64,000 bases of DNA from Acidobacteriota bacterium (lineage in GTDB: Bacteria > Acidobacteriota > UBA6911 > RPQK01 > JAJDTT01): positions 3,296,001 through 3,360,000 of the forward strand of contig OZ242374.1 in assembly GCA_965209055.1 (NCBI GenBank). The letters run 5' to 3'. Positions 57,719 to 64,000 of the stretch are shown piece by piece (within the stretch, counting starts at the first letter, position 1; each line of letters begins with the position of its first letter). Made by a program: the position numbers and the translations under genes. The notes below the pieces were generated by a model. The model had not been told where the DNA came from. It made no database searches and worked only from the letters and a program-made list of their open reading frames with translations.

Positions 57719-58467
57719 ACCTGCCGATGGGTCAGCCGCCGCCGGTCGTGGAGTTATTGGAGATCTCCAAGACCTACGGCGAAGTGGAGGTGCTGGGAAA
57801 CGTCACCCTCTCTCTGGGCGCCGGCGAAGTGGTCGCATTGATCGGAGACAACGGGGCGGGGAAATCCACGCTGGTCAAGATCGTCAGCGGCTATCTGAAG
57901 CCGACCTCGGGGCGAATGAAGGTCGGAGGCCAGGAGGTCCGTCTCGAGTCTCCCCGGGAGGCCCGCCGGCGCGGAATCGAGACCGTCTATCAGGATCTGG
58001 CCATCATCGGCCAGTTGAGCCTGTGGCGGAACTTCTTCCTGGGTCAGGAATTGAGGAGAAAGTCACGCGGCGTGAGGGTCCTGAACCGGAGCGCCATGAG
58101 AAAAATCTGCCTCGAACGGCTTCAGGATTTCGGTTTGGAGAGTGTCCATTCTCCCGACCAGTCGGCGGCCTCGTTGTCGGGAGGCGAGCGCCAGACCCTG
58201 GCCATCGCCCGGGCAGTCCATTTCGAATCGCGCCTGCTGATCCTGGACGAGCCCGTAGCCTCCCTCTCGGTACGGGAGGTGCGCCGGGTTCACGAAACCA
58301 TCGACCAGGCCAGGAAGCGGGGCCTGGGCATCCTCTACATCGACCACAACATGAACCACGTGGTCCCCGTCGCCGACCGGATCGCCGTCCTGGAGCGCGG
58401 CCGACTCAAGACGGTCGTGCAAAGTGGAGAGGTGAGCGCCGCCGACCTGAACGACCTGTTGGTGTAA
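57715..58467 (+). CDS. Sugar ABC transporter ATP-binding protein
   Basis: GDNGAGKS, LSGGERQ and ILDEP. Confidence 0.95.
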   Translation: MNLPMGQPPPVVELLEISKTYGEVEVLGNVTLSLGAGEVVALIGDNGAGKSTLVKIVSGYLKPTSGRMKVGGQEVRLESPREARRRGIETVYQDLAIIGQLSLWRNFFLGQELRRKSRGVRVLNRSAMRKICLERLQDFGLESVHSPDQSAASLSGGERQTLAIARAVHFESRLLILDEPVASLSVREVRRVHETIDQARKRGLGILYIDHNMNHVVPVADRIAVLERGRLKTVVQSGEVSAADLNDLLV

Positions 58468-58517
58468 GGGGCGGCGGTCTCCGACCGCCGAACAGGAACG
58501 GCGGTCTCCAGCCGCCG
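58468..58517. repeat. Two tandem REP-like palindromes directly after the stop codon
   Basis: CGGCGGT-ctccg-ACCGCCG (58472-58490) and CGGCGG-tctccag-CCGCCG (58499-58517). Confidence 0.7.
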
Positions 58518-58564
58518 GACTCCGAACCAACACCACCCCGGCCACCCAACGGGTCCACCGAAGA

Positions 58565-58672
58565 TCAATACGGCAGCAACCCGCCCTCGACGTTCATGGC
58601 GCTGGACGTTATTTACGCAGCGTCGTCGGAGCAGAGGAACGCCACCACGTTGGCCATGTCCTCCGGTTGCTG
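58565..58672 (-). pseudogene. Second, dead copy of the SDR 3' end (direct repeat of 60613-60720)
   Basis: 108 bp with 7 mismatches; reads QQPEDMANVVAFLCSDDAA*ITSSAMNVEGGLLPY*. Confidence 0.92.
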
Positions 58673-58745
58673 GGTGAGAATTGCAAATGGCTCACTTGCC
58701 ATAGTGAGCTCTGGTCGCTCCCGGTTCAGTTCGGTGATCTGCTGG

Positions 58746-59354
58746 TCATGAAAACCAGGTTCTCAGCACGTCCCTGAATTCACGGAATGCGTCATCCTCA
58801 CAATCTCGCAGAGAAACACGTTCGGCGAGCTGTCGATACAAGGACGCACTCCGCGGTTGTCGCGCTTGCCGCAGCGCCGCTTGAAACGCTTCCTTGGGCC
58901 GGGCCGGTTTGACCTCGCCTTTTCGCAACCATCCTTCATGCACCAGCCAGCGATGAAGTCCCGGTTGCCGGGTTCCCCAACCTGTAATTGCAGCGACATG
59001 CGGCGATGGGCTCCACACCCAAGCTTCCAACTCGGGCGCGATCACGATCGCACGAGCGTTGCCATCACCCCAGATATAGTCGAGAGCCCGGTTGAGGCCG
59101 TCTTGTAGTTGTTCCCGCGTTTGTTGTTCCCGGCCACTGCCTTCATGGTCGAAAATGAGGAGTCCGTGGCGGTACTGTTTTGCGAAGGTTCTGAGGAACT
59201 CGACGCCTCGCAGCGCACACGCGGGATCGTGCTCCGGCTCCACAAAAACGTCTTTTTCGATGGCTCGAATCCCCAAGGCTTCGGGTCTCGCCAGCAATCC
59301 CTCCAATGCAAATTTCAGGTCCTTGTCGGCGGCGAGGATGACCAGATCCTTCAA
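58746..59354 (-). CDS. Partner of the ABC-type ATPase (TOPRIM/DUF4276-like; resembles MADS Mad4)
   Basis: TTG start overlaps the ATPase TGA; KDLVILAADKD, HDP.C, IFDHEG and PELEAWVW. Confidence 0.65.
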   Translation of the reverse strand: MKDLVILAADKDLKFALEGLLARPEALGIRAIEKDVFVEPEHDPACALRGVEFLRTFAKQYRHGLLIFDHEGSGREQQTREQLQDGLNRALDYIWGDGNARAIVIAPELEAWVWSPSPHVAAITGWGTRQPGLHRWLVHEGWLRKGEVKPARPKEAFQAALRQARQPRSASLYRQLAERVSLRDCEDDAFREFRDVLRTWFS

Positions 59355-60610
59355 CCCAAAATCCCCGATGCGAGCAACGCGCCGAGACTGGTTTCGCCGC
59401 GCCACTCTCTAAGCCGGGGATGTTCGGCGCCCAGTACAATGTCCGTTGATCCGGCTTCGTCCTTAGCAAAACAGAGAACGTCGCTTGCACGAGCTGCGTT
59501 CAAAATTACCGTGGAGTGAGTTGCGAGCAGGACTTGTGCTCCATACACCGACGAAAGGGAATCGTAGACGGTCGAAATCGCACCCGGATGGATTCCGTTT
59601 TCAGGCTCTTCGATCAGATAGACTCCCCTTATATTGTTGAGATAGGCAGGTAGCGTCAGCGCGGCCAGCCGGAGGGTGCCGTCTGAAACAAGCCAGGACG
59701 GCACTGCCACTCCCCCTTCATATCCAAAAACCATGTAGCGGTGTTTGTCTTCGGGCCGTTCCACAGTCGTGATTTCCTTGAAGTCGGTGAGGGCAGTTTG
59801 AAGATGAGAGATCCAGGACTTGTAACGTCCCGGATCCTGTTCCCTCAGATGGGCGATCACCCAAGGCAGATTGGATCCATCCGGCAGAAAACCCTTGACC
59901 CGTTGGGGGGGGCTCGGGCGCTTGATCTGAAGACTGTTGAGGACGAATCGTTGAACTCCGGTGTTCAACAGCTCCCGAAACCAAGTGGCCACAGGGAACG
60001 AATTCTCGTCTGCTGGTAGGTTGCCCAAAGCGGACCTGTGTGGTCCCAGCTTGAAAGAAGGTGCCCAGCCCTTGCCCGGCCTGGCATAGATTTCGCTGTA
60101 GAAGTTGTCGTTTCCCCCCGGCACCTTCGAGATTACAAGCCTCTCCTGGCTCTGACCCTTGCGAGTTACCAGCGAACGGGGAGGTATAGCTGACATTGGG
60201 AAGAGTAGGGGGCGCTGCGGATTGACGACAGCCGCCTTTTTCAGCCGAAAAGTCTCGGACTTGAATTCGAAGCGGCGCTGGGTCTCGTCGAAACCAATCG
60301 CCACTTCGTACCTTGCCGTGTCCAATTCCTTTCGCGCCGTTTGACGACGAATGTCTTCGGGAATTCGGGCCTCGATCGCGAGCTCGAAGCCTTCACCTTG
60401 CCTTCGAAAGAGCAGCTCCTCAGGATTTGAGGCCCGGTTCGATAGAGCGTCCTCCAGACCATCGGACACGACCTCCTGCAGAAATGCCACGACGTCCAGG
60501 AACGTCGATTTGCCTGAGGCATTGGGGCCGACCAGAACGTGGAAAGAGTCGAGTGGTCTGGAAATATACCGCAGGCAACGGTAATTCAGAGCTTCGATGA
60601 ACGTGATCAT
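59351..60610 (-). CDS. AAA_21/ABC-type ATPase, defence-associated type (resembles MADS Mad3)
   Basis: MITFIEALNYRCLR, GPNASGKS, VSDGT, IEEPENGIHP and ATHS. Confidence 0.88.
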   Translation of the reverse strand: MITFIEALNYRCLRYISRPLDSFHVLVGPNASGKSTFLDVVAFLQEVVSDGLEDALSNRASNPEELLFRRQGEGFELAIEARIPEDIRRQTARKELDTARYEVAIGFDETQRRFEFKSETFRLKKAAVVNPQRPLLFPMSAIPPRSLVTRKGQSQERLVISKVPGGNDNFYSEIYARPGKGWAPSFKLGPHRSALGNLPADENSFPVATWFRELLNTGVQRFVLNSLQIKRPSPPQRVKGFLPDGSNLPWVIAHLREQDPGRYKSWISHLQTALTDFKEITTVERPEDKHRYMVFGYEGGVAVPSWLVSDGTLRLAALTLPAYLNNIRGVYLIEEPENGIHPGAISTVYDSLSSVYGAQVLLATHSTVILNAARASDVLCFAKDEAGSTDIVLGAEHPRLREWRGETSLGALLASGILG

Positions 60611-60612
60611 CG

Positions 60613-61413
60613 TTAGTACGGCAGCAACCCGCCCTCGACATTCATGGCGCTGGATGTAATGTACGCGGCGTCGTCGGAGCAGAGGAACGCCACCACGTTG
60701 GCCATGTCCTCCGGTTGCTGAATCCGGCCCAGCGGAATGCTGTCCACGGCTCCCGCCTTCACGGAACCCTCGGGAACGTCCAAAATCTTGGCGGTCTCCC
60801 GGTCGATCAGGTCCCACATGGGCGTGTCGATGATGCCGCCGCAGATGCTGTTGACCAGGATCTGATGATCGGACAGCTCCAGGCCCAGTTGCTTCCCGAA
60901 CCCGATGGCCGCGTGCTTGCTGGCGGCGTAGGCTCCCAGCGGAGTGTTCTTCCCCGGCGCGATCTTGCCGGCCCCCGAGGCGTTGATGACGATCCGTCCG
61001 CCGTGCCCCTGCCGGATCATCTGCCGGCCCGCCGCAGTGCAACAGAGGAAGACCCCCTTGGCGTTGACGGCCATCAGGCGGTCCCAGCTTGCTTCGTCGG
61101 TGTCGATCAGGGGAGCGACGATGCCGATTCCGGCATTGGCCACCAGGATGTCCAGCTTGCCGAAGGCCTCGACCGTCGCACCGATCATGGCGTCGACGTC
61201 TCCGAATGACGTCACGTCCGCCTGCAGGCCCACCGCCTCGCCGCCGGCGGAACGGATCTCCGCAGCAACGGATTCGGCGCCGTCCTGGTCGATGTCCGCT
61301 ACGGCTACCTGAGCCCCTTCCCGGGCTAGGCGCAACGCGATGGCCCGGCCGATGCTGCGTCCGCCTCCGGTGACCAACGCGCTTTTCCCTTCGATTTCCG
61401 AATATCTGGCCAT
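60613..61413 (-). CDS. SDR family oxidoreductase (polyol/acetoin dehydrogenase-like)
   Basis: TGGGRSIG, ANAG, YAASK and TPMWDLID. Confidence 0.93.
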   Translation of the reverse strand: MARYSEIEGKSALVTGGGRSIGRAIALRLAREGAQVAVADIDQDGAESVAAEIRSAGGEAVGLQADVTSFGDVDAMIGATVEAFGKLDILVANAGIGIVAPLIDTDEASWDRLMAVNAKGVFLCCTAAGRQMIRQGHGGRIVINASGAGKIAPGKNTPLGAYAASKHAAIGFGKQLGLELSDHQILVNSICGGIIDTPMWDLIDRETAKILDVPEGSVKAGAVDSIPLGRIQQPEDMANVVAFLCSDDAAYITSSAMNVEGGLLPY

Positions 61414-61444
61414 GGTGGTGCGCTCTCCTGTTCGAGTCCTGGCT

Positions 61445-61912
61445 TCAGTCAGTGAACTCCATCAACTCAAGTACAAATCCATCCGGATCCTTGAAGAAAA
61501 CCACCTTGAGGGCGCCATACTCCCAATCGTCTCCCAGGTCGAAGACCACCGGCGCGGAGACGAACTCCACTCCCGCTTCGGTGAGTTCCCGGTAGGCTCG
61601 ATCCATGTCCTTCACCCCGAAGCAGAAGTGCCCCTGGTTGGACATGCCCAGTACGGCATTGGAGTTCTCGCCCGGGGGGTCGACGTAAAGCTGAAGGTCC
61701 ACAAGAATCCCGGGCGTTTCCGGAATGGCCAGCCGAACCACCTGCATCACCACGTTCTCCTTGGCTGCCATCTGGGAGATTTCCTTCCCTTCCAGCCGGT
61801 GCCGCTCCACCTCCTTGAAGCCGAGCACGTCACAGTAGAATTTGAGTGAACGGTCCAGATCGCTGACGGTGACCGCCACGTGGTCCAGATTCCTTACCCA
61901 TTCCATATCCAA
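61445..61912 (-). CDS. VOC/glyoxalase family protein
   Basis: HVAVTVSDLDRSLKFY, HFCFGV and FKDPDGFVLEL. Confidence 0.92.
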   Translation of the reverse strand: MDMEWVRNLDHVAVTVSDLDRSLKFYCDVLGFKEVERHRLEGKEISQMAAKENVVMQVVRLAIPETPGILVDLQLYVDPPGENSNAVLGMSNQGHFCFGVKDMDRAYRELTEAGVEFVSAPVVFDLGDDWEYGALKVVFFKDPDGFVLELMEFTD

Positions 61913-62000
61913 TCCTCCTGGCTGGGAACTTGTTTCGGTCAGGCTGCTCAGGAACTCTGCCGGAGTTTGATCGCCCGGTCATCCTCGCCTCAGAACGGGG

Positions 62001-62019
62001 CGATTATCATTGACAATCG
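62001..62019. promoter_or_regulatory. Candidate operator palindrome between divergent genes
   Basis: CGATTATCA-t-TGACAATCG (one mismatch), contains TTGACA. Confidence 0.45.
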
Positions 62020-62103
62020 GAATTCAGATCAAGTCGACAACCCGTGCTGTATTCATGGCTCCATACGCGACTTTCGCCAGTTGCGAGCTTATACTCCTCA
62101 CCC

Positions 62104-63447
62104 ATGGTACGAACACGCTATCTCTACGGTGTCGCTCTGGTGGCCGCCGTCGGCGGATTCATCTTCGGATACGACCTCTCCATCATCGCCGGCGCCAGCC
62201 TCTTCCTGAAGGAAGAGTTCGCCCTGAGTCCGTTCTGGCTGGGATTCGCCGTCAGCAGCGCGGTCATCGGCTGCATCCTCGGTCCCCTCTTCGGAGGCGG
62301 CCTCACCGATCGCTGGGGACGGAAGAGGGCCCTCGTCTTTTGCGCGATCCTGTTCGGGATTTCGGCCATCGGGACCGCGCTGCCCCGGAACATGACGGAG
62401 TTCTACATCTTCCGGATCGTGGGCGGCGTCGGCGTGGGCCTGGCCTCCATCATTTCCCCCATGTACATCGCCGAGGTGGCTCCGGCCCGGATGCGGGGGC
62501 GGCTGGTTCTGGTCAACCAGGTGGCCATCGTGGTCGGTTCGCTGTCCTCCATCATCGTCTCCTACTACCTCTCCCTGATCGGCTCATGGCGCTGGATGTT
62601 CGCGTCCGAGATGGTCCCCATCGTGATCCTGCTCATCGGCCTGGCGTTCGTCCCCGAGAGCCCCAGATGGTTCGCCCAGGTGAATCGGAAGGAGGAGGCC
62701 CGGGCGGTGCTGACCCGGATCGGCGGAAGCGCATACGCCACTGCGGAGCTGGAGGAGATCGCCCGGTCGCTGAAGGAGAAATTGGGGAGTTTCCGCGATC
62801 TGATCAAGCCGGGCATGAGAACGGCCCTCCTCATTGCCTTGACCCTGGCCGTCCTGCAACAGTTGAGTGGGACCAGTCCGTTGCTGTTCCACACTCCGCT
62901 CATCTTTCAGCGGGCGGGCTTCGAGAACATCTCCGACGCCATCCTGCAATCCATCATCGTCAACGTCTGGAACCTGACCTGGACCTGCATCGGACTCTGG
63001 GCCGTCGATCGTTACGGCAGGCGCCCGCTGTTGATGACGGGGACCATCGCCATGGCGGTCGGGTTCCTGCTCATGGGCATCTTCTTCTACTACGACATGG
63101 CCGGGATTTTTCTCCTGCTCACCATGTTCCTGGTGGTGGGAGGCTACGTCATCAGCCTGGCGCCTCTGGCTTGGTTGATCATGTCCGAGATCTTTCCCAC
63201 GCACCTGCGGGCGAAGGCCATGCAGGTGGCGGCGCTGGGCCTCTGGGTGTCGGCGTATCTCGGCGCCCAGGTGTTGCCCCCCATGATGTCCTACTTCAAG
63301 GAGGACCTGGGGACCGAGGCGTACGCGTTCTGGATCTTCATGGCGGTCTGTATCTTCGCCGTCATTTTCGGATGGAAGATGGTGCCCGAGACCAAGGGCC
63401 GGTCCCTGGAAGAGATCGGCCGTTCGTGGACCCGGAACGTGAAGTAA
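62104..63447 (+). CDS. Sugar porter family MFS transporter
   Basis: GGFIFGYD, DRWGRK, PESPRW, QQLSG, DRYGRR and PETKGRSLEEI. Confidence 0.95.
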   Translation: MVRTRYLYGVALVAAVGGFIFGYDLSIIAGASLFLKEEFALSPFWLGFAVSSAVIGCILGPLFGGGLTDRWGRKRALVFCAILFGISAIGTALPRNMTEFYIFRIVGGVGVGLASIISPMYIAEVAPARMRGRLVLVNQVAIVVGSLSSIIVSYYLSLIGSWRWMFASEMVPIVILLIGLAFVPESPRWFAQVNRKEEARAVLTRIGGSAYATAELEEIARSLKEKLGSFRDLIKPGMRTALLIALTLAVLQQLSGTSPLLFHTPLIFQRAGFENISDAILQSIIVNVWNLTWTCIGLWAVDRYGRRPLLMTGTIAMAVGFLLMGIFFYYDMAGIFLLLTMFLVVGGYVISLAPLAWLIMSEIFPTHLRAKAMQVAALGLWVSAYLGAQVLPPMMSYFKEDLGTEAYAFWIFMAVCIFAVIFGWKMVPETKGRSLEEIGRSWTRNVK

Positions 63448-63488
63448 CGCCTCACCGCGATCATTCCGAACCTCCCGGAGCCTTGAAC

Positions 63489-64000
63489 ATGTTCTTCAAC
63501 CAGGAGCGGGCCAGGAGCTTCATGCGGGAGTGCGGCCTCGACGCCCTGATCGCCGCGTCCCATCTGAACATCACTTATTTCACCGGCTACTTTTGCTGGC
63601 TCGATCCCACCATTCGGGGGTACATGCTGCAACCGGGAGCCCCGTCCAGCCTGGCGCTGCCCGGCTACGCGGTCTTTCCACTGGAAGGGGAACCGGCTCT
63701 GGTGCTCAATCCTCTCTTCGCCGTCAACGGCGCGGACCTCTGGGTCCGCGACCTCCAAGTCTTCGGCGCCTCCGGCGTGGACGACACGCTCACCTCGGGC
63801 GATTTGCCGGACAACTATCGCAGGATCCACGACCTGCTGCTGGAGCCGCCGCGGGCGTCCAGTTCCCTGGAGGCGCTGTTGCACATCCTGGAAGCAAGAG
63901 GCCTGACCGGTGGGCGCGTCGGTGTTGAAATGGAAGCCCTGACTGCGGATCGGAAGGAGGAGCTGGCCCGGGCTCTTCCCGGAGCCGCTCTGCTCGACGC
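63489..64000 (+). CDS. M24 (Xaa-Pro peptidase/creatinase) family protein, N-terminal part (runs off window end)
   Basis: MFFNQERARSFMRECGLDALIA...NITYFTGY...RVGVE. Confidence 0.75.
   Translation, partial: MFFNQERARSFMRECGLDALIAASHLNITYFTGYFCWLDPTIRGYMLQPGAPSSLALPGYAVFPLEGEPALVLNPLFAVNGADLWVRDLQVFGASGVDDTLTSGDLPDNYRRIHDLLLEPPRASSSLEALLHILEARGLTGGRVGVEMEALTADRKEELARALPGAALLD

Larger units (their letters stand above)
58565..60720. mobile_element. Inserted two-gene cassette flanked by 108-bp direct repeats; no mobility gene
   Basis: Direct repeats, visibly lower GC, and defence-like cargo interrupting a sugar-catabolic neighbourhood. Confidence 0.5.

Noticed and set aside
57696-58751. ORF 57696..58751
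   Set aside because: Alternative frame of the ABC ATPase running through REP and antisense SDR relic sequence.
25566-60720. Gene-tail repeats as diversity-generating retroelement TR/VR pairs
   Set aside because: No reverse transcriptase in the window, and mismatches are not confined to adenines; in the SDR pair they are mostly synonymous third-position changes.

Overview
GC-rich bacterial window (about 65% GC by eye). Gene content (DUF1592/1552, DUF1549/1553/1501, DUF1080 and ThuA proteins, plant-type LRR, NHL and TPR proteins) suggests an Acidobacteria/PVC-like organism, possibly a marine host-associated symbiont; this is inference. It holds about 45 CDS, mostly carbohydrate catabolism, transport and secreted proteins, plus pckA, nagB, a P450, a giant LRR-metallopeptidase, a HEPN/MNT toxin-antitoxin pair and an ABC-type ATPase plus partner defence-like pair. 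I found no rRNA, tRNA, CRISPR array, integrase, transposase or reverse transcriptase. The most notable structure is three separate cases of a diverged second copy of a gene's 3' end. (1) A 108-bp SDR tail repeat brackets the ATPase/partner cassette. (2) A 90-bp isochorismatase tail repeat brackets the giant LRR gene and is fused to a Gfo/Idh/MocA fragment at an 11-bp microhomology. (3) The (AEGR)n C-terminal domain of a small membrane protein has its own internal RBS+ATG and also exists as a stand-alone downstream gene, resembling Rpn intragenic antitoxins. REP-like palindromes abut several stop codons. All family assignments come from motif recognition, not database searches.
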